Source of the DNA: Myxococcota bacterium
GTDB taxonomy: Bacteria; Myxococcota; XYA12-FULL-58-9; JABJBS01
NCBI GenBank assembly: GCA_036339465.1
Contig: JAYZAY010000058.1
Span: forward strand, 1-32,041
Length of the DNA stretch: 32,041 bases
Reading direction: 5' to 3'
A program made the position numbers and the translations under genes. The notes below the pieces were generated by a model. It was not told the DNA's origin, did no database searches, and saw only the letters and a list, made by a program, of their open reading frames with translations. Shown one piece after another: positions 1 to 8,601 of the stretch; the stretch's first letter is position 1; each line of letters starts with the position of its first letter.

Positions 1-141
1 ATTTTCATTTCTATAATGACGACAGACTTCACCAAGCGTTGAACTATCTCACGCCAGGCGAGGTCTATCATTCAAAGGATTTAGGGTCTGAATATTTCTT
101 AAATTAACCTCATTCTTGTCTTGAAAATGGGGTCCACTTCA
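1..141 (+). mobile_element. Right end of an IS3-family insertion sequence (transposase C-terminus plus right terminal inverted repeat)
   Basis: Frame 3..107 reads FHFYNDDRLHQALNYLTPGEVY...*, the YN..R.H..L.Y.TP integrase-core C-terminal motif of IS3 OrfB. It is followed by TGTCTTGAAAATGGGGTCCACTTCA ending in CA at 141, typical of IS3 right ends. The left part lies outside the window. Confidence 0.8.
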
Positions 142-335
142 AACCGAAAGAGATGGTTTTTCTTAATCTCTTGTGAATTTCGGTGTGTCGGCCGATTAAA
201 GCCTGATTTATAGCATACTCTATGCTTAGAGGTTGCCTAAATCGACGGTTGGCGCGAGAATGGAGAGAGATGATACCCAACAACCAACTTAACTAGGTAC
301 ATCTCAATACAAACTTGAAAAGAGGTGAAGATCCC

Positions 336-704
336 ATGGCGCAAATATTGGTGGTTGATGATTCCTTCGTGGTGCGAGAAGGAATCGTAAAAGCCTTACA
401 ACAACTCCAGGTCACCGTCGACACAGCAACCGATGGTGTTGATGCCCTTACAAAAATAAAAGCGGACTCAGAGCTACAAATGGTCATTACGGATGTTAAC
501 ATGCCAAATATGGACGGGCTCCAGCTCGCTAAACACATTCACAAAGAATTAAACAGTCGAAATCTAAAGGTGATCATGTGCACCACTGGAAACAGCCCTT
601 ATATAAAAAAATATGCAAAAGCAGCAGGCGTCCGTGGATGGATTGTTAAGCCCTTCGAACCAGATTTAGCGATTCCCGCTATCAAGAAACTTCTGGAACT
701 CTAA
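336..704 (+). CDS. CheY-like single-domain response regulator
   Basis: ILVVDDS, ITDVNMPNMDG (phosphoacceptor D), CTT and IVKPF motifs. ATG at 336 follows GAGGTG. Confidence 0.9.
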   Translation: MAQILVVDDSFVVREGIVKALQQLQVTVDTATDGVDALTKIKADSELQMVITDVNMPNMDGLQLAKHIHKELNSRNLKVIMCTTGNSPYIKKYAKAAGVRGWIVKPFEPDLAIPAIKKLLEL

Positions 705-1173
705 GAGTATCGTAAACTTCCCCCTAAGCTTCCTCCACCAATACGTTCATTTCCTCTTCTAAATCATACACAATGTCCGAATGGTCTTTCTCGTTCTAAA
801 ATCAAACTCCCCCAAAGGATTACGATTCCATGTGAGCCACAGAAAAAACGAGATTTAGGGACACAATCTAAGCTTGATGCTCTCACAAAGGGACGCCCCC
901 CCCCAAAAAAAAAAACGAGCCCCAATGGCCCTACAAACATAACCACCTCTTGGATTAGGAGGCTGTGGGTTTTCAGCAAGATCGCTTCAGTATTCAAAAC
1001 ACCCACGGCTAAACAGGCCCAATGATCATCGTCCTCATCCACTTCCGGCTCGCCGAGGCTTGTGTCGGAGCAAGGTTCGTGCCTGTTTTCTCAGCCTCCT
1101 TGATTCCAGTAGACCCTGTATTTGAGCGATGGTAGGGGACACAAACACTCTAACCACTGAGGTTTCACTCCCC

Positions 1174-1905
1174 TTAAAGAATTGACGTTAATTCCGTAAG
1201 GTGTTGGATGGTCGCGTCTGGCTCAACATCACCTGCACTTGGAAGGAATGTTTCAATGGAGATGAATTGCTGGGTCCAAATCGCCTGCATCCCCAGACGT
1301 TTGGCTCCCTGAATATCCGCAAGCCAATTGTCCCCCACATACAGCGATTCCTCAGGAGAAGCATCCAGCTCTTTCAGCATTGTTTCGAAGGGAATTGGAT
1401 GGGGTTTAACTCGACCGACATCGTCAGAAATGACCACCGTCCTAAAATAATCCATAAGATTAAGTTTCTTAATGCTGTCTCTCAAAGCCCTGCCACAGGG
1501 ATAATTTGATATCAACGCAAGGGTGTAACGGCTCCCCAATTCCTCTAGCAGGCTATCTAAATAATCGGGTTTAATAATACTATCCACAAAGGAGACATAA
1601 CGAACTTCCAAGAGACGCTCGAGTAATGCCTCACTGGGCTCGACCCCAAAAACTTCCTTCACTAACTCCTGGGTTATCTCTCGCAATTGGTTCTCATGGT
1701 AGCTGGGTGGGTTCCCCGCATAAGGTGCCATACGGTGCCGATGTCGCACATGAGCAACTGCTTCACCGTCGCAGGTTCCGAATTCCTCGGTCAGAGCGTC
1801 CATCAATGCCCTATCACAAAATTGGGCTTGGGTGGGACCGAACTCGATCAGAGTATTCCCATAATCAAAGACGAGAACGTCAGGGCTTTTGCTTAAGGCG
1901 GCCAT
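1174..1905 (-). CDS. HAD-superfamily hydrolase (subfamily IA)
   Basis: Motif I VFDYGNTL, motif II ISN, motif III KPHP, motif IV YVGDNWLADIQGA. Confidence 0.9.
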   Translation of the reverse strand: MAALSKSPDVLVFDYGNTLIEFGPTQAQFCDRALMDALTEEFGTCDGEAVAHVRHRHRMAPYAGNPPSYHENQLREITQELVKEVFGVEPSEALLERLLEVRYVSFVDSIIKPDYLDSLLEELGSRYTLALISNYPCGRALRDSIKKLNLMDYFRTVVISDDVGRVKPHPIPFETMLKELDASPEESLYVGDNWLADIQGAKRLGMQAIWTQQFISIETFLPSAGDVEPDATIQHLTELTSIL

Positions 1906-2017
1906 GGAGCAGCCTATTCCATAGGCTTACCGGATACGCAACCACTCCACCATGCATATAAAAATGAGCCCGAATTCCTGAAATCGGTTTATCGGTATAA
2001 ATCCTTTAGGTGAAAGA

Positions 2018-2345
2018 CCTATTATTTTTTTCCCCACCAAAGCAACGAAGAGAGCAAAATCAACAACATTGAAATTGGCGTGGATGCCTTTATCGGTAAG
2101 CCCTTCAACGAGCAAAGCTTGGGCCGCACGGTGCAAAACCAATCCTCCCCCAAATTCAGACTGAACGAAGCCGAAAAACGTTATCATAAGCAAACCGAAG
2201 CGGTTCTAAAACGATACTTACCTCCCTTGATTTGGTCGATCACATCACATTGGACGAAACGGATTTAGCACTAAGCGCCGGTGGCATCATTGACATCACC
2301 CTTTTTTGTAACCCCCAAGGCTTTGTGAGTTTAAGCGAGGAACTT
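2018..2345 (+). pseudogene. Decayed receiver-domain / class III adenylate-guanylate cyclase fragment
   Basis: Frameshifted pieces read PIIFF / SNEESKINNIEIGVDAFIGKPFNEQSL (receiver C-terminus), then EAVLKRYLPP / DLVDHI...ITLFCNPQGFVSLSEEL (start of a class III cyclase, normally LF.D..GF..LSE). No intact ORF. Confidence 0.55.
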
Positions 2346-2610
2346 TTTCTATCTCAAGGTCATTGGGAAAAAAGCGCCACTCTTTCGGGTTGTATCCTAA
2401 GGCTTCCAGAGGCCTAGGGCATCAATTGATTTCGCGATTCACCTCCACACACCCTATTCAAGGATATTCAAGAACATCTCGAGATAGGCTATATGGCCCG
2501 AAGTGACTGAGCCGTGACGGTTTCACTCAATCAATGGCCTTCCACCGTATTGAAAAGAAAGTGTCCAAGGTCGGGGCGAGAATCTCGGTGGTGACCAAAA
2601 ATCCTATGAC

Positions 2611-3519
2611 CTAGGTTGGGTAGTTTTCAATCCAGTGATTTGCAATATCAATGCGCCGACAAACCCAGATATCCTCGAAATCTTTGATATAATTAAAAAA
2701 CCTAATCAATCCTTGAACACGCCCAGGACGGGCTACCAAACGACAGTGGAGTCCCACCGACATCATCCGGGCTCGGGTTTCTCCCTCTGCGTACAAAACA
2801 TCAAATGTATCTTTAAGATAAGTGAAGAACTGATCCCCATGACTAAACCCCGATGCCGTCACAAATCGCATGTCATTGCATTCAAGCGTATAAGGAATCA
2901 CCAAATGATTTTTTCCTTCGCACTTCACCCAATAGGGGATTTCATCGGCATAGCTATCGGCATCGTAAAGAAAACCGCCTTCCTCCATAATCAAGCGTCT
3001 TGTATTAGGACTCGGCTTACCTTGATAAAATCCGAGTGGGCGTTCTCCCACCACCTCGGAATGAATCTCCACTGCTTTGCGAATATGCTCGCGCTCGTCT
3101 TCTTCCCTCATATTTTGGTAATCGATCCAGCGTAGGCCATGACTCGCGACTTCCCAGTCCGCGTCCACCATCGCTTGCACCGCTTCGGGATTCTTCTGCA
3201 ACGCCAAAGCCACACCGAAAACCGTGCATGGAAGTTGGTATTGGGTAAAAAGTCGATGCAGTCGCCAAAATCCAACCCGTGACCCATATTCATACATGGA
3301 TTCCATATTCATGTGCCGAGCATTTTCGTAGGGTTGCGCACCAATAATTTCACTCAGAAGCCATTCGGATTTTGAGTCACCATCGAGAATACAGTGCTCG
3401 CCTCCCTCTTCGTAATTCACCACAAACTGCAAAGCCACTCGAGCCTGCCCTGGCCAATTCGGATTGGGCGGATTATTCCCATAGCCCTTAAGCGCCCTTG
3501 GCATTCCATATTCACTCAC
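2611..3519 (-). CDS. puuE: Allantoinase PuuE (polysaccharide deacetylase family)
   Basis: PRALKGYG...WPGQARVALQFVVNYEEGGE, ESMYEYGSRVGFWRL, HGLRW, IPYTLECNDMRF and MMSVGLHCRLVARPGR motifs. GTG start at 3519 follows GGAGG. Confidence 0.88.
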   Translation of the reverse strand: MSEYGMPRALKGYGNNPPNPNWPGQARVALQFVVNYEEGGEHCILDGDSKSEWLLSEIIGAQPYENARHMNMESMYEYGSRVGFWRLHRLFTQYQLPCTVFGVALALQKNPEAVQAMVDADWEVASHGLRWIDYQNMREEDEREHIRKAVEIHSEVVGERPLGFYQGKPSPNTRRLIMEEGGFLYDADSYADEIPYWVKCEGKNHLVIPYTLECNDMRFVTASGFSHGDQFFTYLKDTFDVLYAEGETRARMMSVGLHCRLVARPGRVQGLIRFFNYIKDFEDIWVCRRIDIANHWIENYPT

Positions 3520-3610
3520 TGAATCCTCCCACAACGCTCTAGCGCCAAAGCCAAAGCCGAAGGTACCTATGTGCACCACGTTTTTCTGAGCCAAACACCG
3601 CAAGCAAACT

Positions 3611-4276
3611 TTACGACCTGGGCTCCAAGTCATTGATCCAGCCAAAAGCCACTCGCAAAAGTTCTACCTGGTTCTTTAAATCCAATTTCCGTTTAATGTG
3701 GGCAAGGTGCGCTTCCACAGTTTTCTTACTAATAAAGAGCCGTTCCGCTATTTCGCGAGCCCTCACACCGCGCCCCAGAAATTCAAAAACCTCCAATTCT
3801 CGATTACTTAAGCAGCTAAGGGGCGAATCTGGATTCTTTGACACACCAAACATACGCTTCACCAATTCATCGGATTGGCGTTTACTCAGGGCCACTTCGG
3901 CCCGCGAAATTTGGCGAATCGCTTCCACCAATTCTTCCAGCGGGGTATTTTTCATAAGATACCCATTGGCACCCGCCCTCAAAGCGCGCTGCGCAAATAT
4001 CTTTTCATCGTGAATTGAGAAAACCAATATCGGTAAATCGGGATATTCACCCCGCACTTGTTTTACCAATTCGAGTCCATTCATATCCCCCAGGGAAAGA
4101 CCGGTAACCAAGACATCCGTAGAACACTTTCCAAGGGCTTCCACCACGCCGCCGCCGCTGGCTGATTCTCCCGACACCGTTAAACCCCTTTGTTTTTCAA
4201 GAAAAACCGACAGCCCCATACGCACCACAGGATAACAATCCACCAGAAAAACACGCGTATCTTTAGATTCCTGCAT
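3611..4276 (-). CDS. NarL/LuxR-family response regulator with degenerate (pseudo-)receiver
   Basis: Receiver fold plus LuxR HTH (LSNRELEVFEFLGRG...IAERLFISKKTVEAHLAHIKRKL). The acidic pocket reads VDCYP and the phosphoacceptor position reads LVTGLSL. ATG at 4276 follows GGAGG. Confidence 0.88.
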   Translation of the reverse strand: MQESKDTRVFLVDCYPVVRMGLSVFLEKQRGLTVSGESASGGGVVEALGKCSTDVLVTGLSLGDMNGLELVKQVRGEYPDLPILVFSIHDEKIFAQRALRAGANGYLMKNTPLEELVEAIRQISRAEVALSKRQSDELVKRMFGVSKNPDSPLSCLSNRELEVFEFLGRGVRAREIAERLFISKKTVEAHLAHIKRKLDLKNQVELLRVAFGWINDLEPRS

Positions 4277-4602
4277 TAATTCATCCTCCAAACCAAGCGC
4301 CATTGAAGGTTATTTGCTCCCAAGATATGAACCATCCCAAAACGGACCAAATCTCGGCGACCATAGGACGGTGATTCTCCGAGCTTAAGTCAGTCACAAT
4401 GGAATTGCTAAGAGTCACCACAAGTCGGCCAGTGGCTTATATCGTTCTACGCCAAAACCCTAGTTTTTTTTACATATAATCCCATCTATCTGTGACCCAC
4501 CGGCTTAAATTAGTTGGAATTCCCAAAATCAGCAGTAAGCCTGACGTATCTTTGGGCCGAGAACTCACGCCGAAAGTGGCGATCCAAATGGAGGAAACAA
4601 CA

Positions 4603-5661
4603 ATGAAAAAGACGATTAAAGCTGAATATCTATGGCTCGATGGTGCCGCGCCAACTCAAGAACTTCGATCGAAAACTCGCGTGTTGCGCGTTCAGGACAA
4701 CAACTGTGAATTAGAACTCAATGATCTCCCTGATTGGGGATACGATGGTTCATCGACCTATCAAGCGACCGGTGGCGACTCAGACCTCACACTAAAACCC
4801 GTCTTTTTCACCAACGATCCCGTTCGCGGCGGTGACTCCCTCGTCGTTCTCTGCGAAGTCATGTACGCCGACGGTCGTCCCCACGAAACCAATTACCGTG
4901 CTCAACTTCGGGATGTTCTTAAGCGGGGTGGCGCGGCACAAAAAGCATGGTTTGGTTTTGAACAAGAGTACACATTCTTTCACCAGCAAAACCCATTGGG
5001 TTGGCCAAGCAACGGCTTTCCCGCACCACAAGGCCCCTTTTACTGCTCCGTCGGTGCTTCCGTTGCTTATGGTCGAAAAGTCGTCGAAAAACACACAGAT
5101 GCTTGCCTAGACGCAGGACTCCTTCTTTTTGGGACCAACGCTGAAGTCATGCCTGGCCAATGGGAATTTCAGATCGGATACCGAGGCGACGCCGAAGAAG
5201 AAATTGACCCACTCATTTGCGCTGACCACCTCTGGGTCGCTAGGTGGCTACTTCACCGAGTCGCTGAAGACCAAGAAATCACGGTCTCTTTCGAAAATAA
5301 GCCTATCAAAGGGGATTGGAACGGAGCGGGAATGCACACCAACTTCTCCACCGAAAACATGCGTGATTCGCGCACGGGGATGGGCGCCATTGAAAATGCA
5401 ATCGTTGGACTCGGAAATTTCCACAAAGAGCACATCGAAATTTACGGTGCTGGCTTGAATGAGCGCCTTACAGGACTTCACGAAACGTGTAACATCGATC
5501 AATTCCGTCATGGAGTCGCCGATCGAGGTGCTTCCATCCGCATCCCACGACACGTGGCACAGGTTGGTCACGGGTACATCGAAGACCGTCGCCCTGGCGC
5601 CAATGCCAATCCGTATCAGGTATGTAGCCGAATTCTTATGAGTATTTGCCACATCGACTGA
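4603..5661 (+). CDS. glnII: Glutamine synthetase type II (GSII)
   Basis: AEYLWLDG, LRSKTR, WGYDGSSTYQA, FGFEQEY, PQGPFYC, NAEVMPGQWEFQIG, GDWNGAGMHTNFST, RLTGLHET, RGASIRIP and YIEDRRP. The ~352 aa length is typical of GSII. GGAGG precedes ATG 4603. Confidence 0.95.
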   Translation: MKKTIKAEYLWLDGAAPTQELRSKTRVLRVQDNNCELELNDLPDWGYDGSSTYQATGGDSDLTLKPVFFTNDPVRGGDSLVVLCEVMYADGRPHETNYRAQLRDVLKRGGAAQKAWFGFEQEYTFFHQQNPLGWPSNGFPAPQGPFYCSVGASVAYGRKVVEKHTDACLDAGLLLFGTNAEVMPGQWEFQIGYRGDAEEEIDPLICADHLWVARWLLHRVAEDQEITVSFENKPIKGDWNGAGMHTNFSTENMRDSRTGMGAIENAIVGLGNFHKEHIEIYGAGLNERLTGLHETCNIDQFRHGVADRGASIRIPRHVAQVGHGYIEDRRPGANANPYQVCSRILMSICHID

Positions 5662-5681
5662 ACGTGAATTCACTGCTCGAC

Positions 5682-5715
5682 AAGGGGAGGGGAAACCTTG
5701 GTTCTCCTTCCCTTT
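5682..5715 (+). terminator. Stem-loop between glnII and the glutaminase gene (possible terminator, attenuator or RNA-stabilising hairpin)
   Basis: AAGGGGAGGGGAAACC-TT-GGTTCTCCTTCCCTTT imperfect inverted repeat about 20 nt after the glnII stop, with only a short U tract. Confidence 0.45.
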
Positions 5716-5774
5716 GGCAGCATCTTGTTTCCCTCTACTCACCGACCACAACTTCACCGATAGGTAATCTCATA

Positions 5775-7400
5775 ATGGAACTCAACAACCCCCAAGACAT
5801 CAACCCGAAAAAAGCACGAAAAAGCAGCAAAAAAGAAGCACTCCAGAAACCGGCAACCAACAAATCCCTCACGCTGACAGGCTTCGAACGAGAAAACGCT
5901 CTTTTCCATGCCTTGGATTCCAAGCAGATCGGCTATCTAACACGGGAGCAAATTCTCACCGGACTTGAACAAGCCGGTCTTCGCCTCGACGATCCTAGAC
6001 TCAAGGAAATCCAGGAAAGACTGGACGGATGCGTACCACCCAACGAAATAAAATTGGAAGCCTTCGCAACATGTATCGCGCCTTGTATCGGCTTGGTTGA
6101 ACAAGCTATCCAGGGGCGGTTGATTATCCCTGACTTCTCAGGTTTCTGTGAAAAAATAAAAACGATTTACGACAAGACAGCAACGTCCACTGGTGGTAAA
6201 GTCGCCGATTATATTCCTCAATTAGGACGGGTCGACCCGGAGCAATATGCAGTCTCTCTTTGCACCATCGATGGACAACGATTCTCCCTTGGGGAATCGA
6301 ACACTAAGTTTTGTGTACAATCCACTTGCAAACCCATCAATTATTGTTTGGCCCTCAACGAAAACCCCACCGAAATCGTTCATGAACATGTGGGGCGCGA
6401 GCCGAGTGGACGTGGATTTAATGAATTGGCTTTAAACCACAATGGTCGCCCCCACAATCCCATGATCAACGCTGGTGCCATTATGAGCTGTTCGCTTATC
6501 AAGCCGGAACTCAACGTTGCAGACCGATTTGATTACGTCATGGAACGCTGGGGAGCCTTGGCTGGTGGCAATAAACCGTCCTTTAGTAATTCTGTCTATC
6601 TATCAGAACGACAAACCGCAGACCGTAATTTCGCCCTGGGCTATTTTATGCGCGAAAACGAAGCCTTTCCCAAAGGCACGGAATTAATCGACATTCTCGA
6701 ATTCTATTTCCAATGCTGCTCCATTGAGCTCACCGCCGACATGATGTCAGTGATTGCCGCAACTCTCGCCAACGGTGGGGTTTGTCCTGTCACCGGTGAG
6801 CGGGTATTCGGCCCTGAGACCGTGCAAAATTGTCTCTCACTTATGTACTCCTGTGGCATGTATGACTTCTCCGGAGAATTCGCTTTCACCATCGGGTTAC
6901 CTGCCAAAAGCGGTGTATCCGGAGCCATGATGATCGTGGTGCCCAACGTCATGGGCTTGTGCACCTGGTCACCACGTCTCGACCGCCTCGGTAACAGCGT
7001 TCGTGGTATCGAGTTTTGTAAAGAACTCGTAGGAACCTTTAACTTCCATAACTACGACAATCTTACAGGGGTTTCCGATAAGATAGACCCACGCCTTCAG
7101 CCAACGACTTCTGAGGGTGAAACCATTACCGCGATGATTTGGGCCGCAAGTAAAGGTGATCTCACCGGAGTTCAGCAACTGATAGCTCGGGGCGCAAGTC
7201 TCGACAAACCCGATTACGACGGCCGAGCTCCTTTGCATCTGGCTGCGGCTGAAGGCCGCGCCGAAGTGGTTGAATTATTCATTCACCACGGCGCAAATCT
7301 CGGCCCTGTGGACCGATGGGGACAAACTCCCTTGGAAGATGCCAAACGAGGTGGACACAAAGGGATCGTCAGCATGCTTGAAAGAGCGATGAACAACTAA
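5775..7400 (+). CDS. glsA: Glutaminase with N-terminal EF-hand-like domain and C-terminal ankyrin repeats
   Basis: GKVADYIPQL, catalytic QSTCKP (SxxK), PHNPMINAGAI, CGMYDFSGEFAFTIGLPAKSGVSG, GNSVRG. N-terminal LFHALD...GLRLDDPRLKE. C-terminal ankyrin motifs WAASKGD, DYDGRAPLHLAAAEG, DRWGQTPLEDA. Confidence 0.93.
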   Translation: MELNNPQDINPKKARKSSKKEALQKPATNKSLTLTGFERENALFHALDSKQIGYLTREQILTGLEQAGLRLDDPRLKEIQERLDGCVPPNEIKLEAFATCIAPCIGLVEQAIQGRLIIPDFSGFCEKIKTIYDKTATSTGGKVADYIPQLGRVDPEQYAVSLCTIDGQRFSLGESNTKFCVQSTCKPINYCLALNENPTEIVHEHVGREPSGRGFNELALNHNGRPHNPMINAGAIMSCSLIKPELNVADRFDYVMERWGALAGGNKPSFSNSVYLSERQTADRNFALGYFMRENEAFPKGTELIDILEFYFQCCSIELTADMMSVIAATLANGGVCPVTGERVFGPETVQNCLSLMYSCGMYDFSGEFAFTIGLPAKSGVSGAMMIVVPNVMGLCTWSPRLDRLGNSVRGIEFCKELVGTFNFHNYDNLTGVSDKIDPRLQPTTSEGETITAMIWAASKGDLTGVQQLIARGASLDKPDYDGRAPLHLAAAEGRAEVVELFIHHGANLGPVDRWGQTPLEDAKRGGHKGIVSMLERAMNN

Positions 7401-7446
7401 AAGAAAATCAAGCGTTATATCCGCTTCATTTCTGCTCTAGTCCTCT

Positions 7447-7492
7447 GAGCTGAATCCCAAAATCAACACTCAAACTTTTTCAGCTCTTTTTT
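7447..7492 (+). terminator. Possible intrinsic terminator after the glutaminase gene
   Basis: GAGCTGAA ... TTCAGCTC followed by a T run. The loop is long, so this is a weak call. Confidence 0.3.
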
Positions 7493-7758
7493 CGGCCCCA
7501 CCGAAGCTTGCAGCCCTCTATGGCACTCGTGAATACTCTGTCTAGAAAACCCTTGATGCAAATAAGCCTATTTCCCGGAGAATTCCCCAAAACAAATTTG
7601 GATAGTACCGCGCCTAAACCCTTTCCACGATGGTTTTTATCTCAGCAACCACTGAGCAATGATCTGCTGGACCCATCTCCAAATTGACTTAAGAGCTTTA
7701 CCCCATTAACTTGGCCTTTCAACCAATGAGGTTCATACCCAACCCCCAGGAGGTTTTA

Positions 7759-8592
7759 GTGAATTTATCCATTGGAACAGTTTCCGGTTTTATTCTAGGC
7801 GTTGGGCTTTTCGTCTTTTCCATCGTGTCTAACACCGACAACTATTGGATGTTTATCAACCTGAGCAGCCTACTTTTGGTGATGGGGGGAACACTTGCAG
7901 CTATCTTTGTCTCATATCAAGAAAAGGACGTCATTCGCGCACTCAAGGAAGCAGCCATGATCCTCAAGCCATCCAATGTCAACAAACGCACCCTCTTTGA
8001 GGATGTGGAGTTGATCATTCAATGGTGCAACATTGTTCGAAAAGAAGGGCTCCACGCCCTTGAATCTCATCTTCAAGAAGCCCGGGAAGGGGATAGTTTT
8101 CTCTCCCATGGCGCTGAATTACTCCTGAAAAGTTATGAAAGTCAGGAACTGAGAACACTCTTGGAAAAAACCCTCGAAAATGCGCACCAACGAAATCTCC
8201 GCCCCGTCACCATCCTCAACCGCATGGCCCAAATATCACCTGCTTTTGGTATGGTAGGCACTTTAGTCGGGCTTGTGGTCATGCTCGACAGCCTCGGCGG
8301 TACCGTCGAAGCAATCGGTCAAGGATTGGCCTTGGCCCTGATCACCACGCTTTACGGCGTGCTACTCACCCAGCTCATCTACAAACCCGCATCCTCCAAG
8401 TTGATGGAGAAAGAGCAGCTCTTTCGTTTTCGCAATAAAATGATTATCGAGGCTTTGGTTATGCTCGACGAACAAGCCTCCCCCAGCCGAATGGAAGACC
8501 ATCTCAATAGTTATTTAGAACCCGATATGTATTTTAGAGTGGCTTCTCGTGATAGCTCGGGCAAACCCAAAATCGTAAGCGCAGCGGCTTAA
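7759..8592 (+). CDS. motA: MotA/PomA-family stator A subunit
   Basis: SLLLVMGGTLAA, VRKEGLHALE, SPAFGMVGTLVGLVVML and ALALITTLYG motifs. GTG start at 7759 follows AGGAGG. Confidence 0.9.
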   Translation: MNLSIGTVSGFILGVGLFVFSIVSNTDNYWMFINLSSLLLVMGGTLAAIFVSYQEKDVIRALKEAAMILKPSNVNKRTLFEDVELIIQWCNIVRKEGLHALESHLQEAREGDSFLSHGAELLLKSYESQELRTLLEKTLENAHQRNLRPVTILNRMAQISPAFGMVGTLVGLVVMLDSLGGTVEAIGQGLALALITTLYGVLLTQLIYKPASSKLMEKEQLFRFRNKMIIEALVMLDEQASPSRMEDHLNSYLEPDMYFRVASRDSSGKPKIVSAAA

Positions 8593-8601
8593 GAGAAAAT
8601 C

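Noticed and set aside
764..1042. 92-aa minus-strand ORF and C/A homopolymer runs near 896-915
   Set aside because: No recognisable motif or RBS, and I cannot support a gene or phase-variation site.
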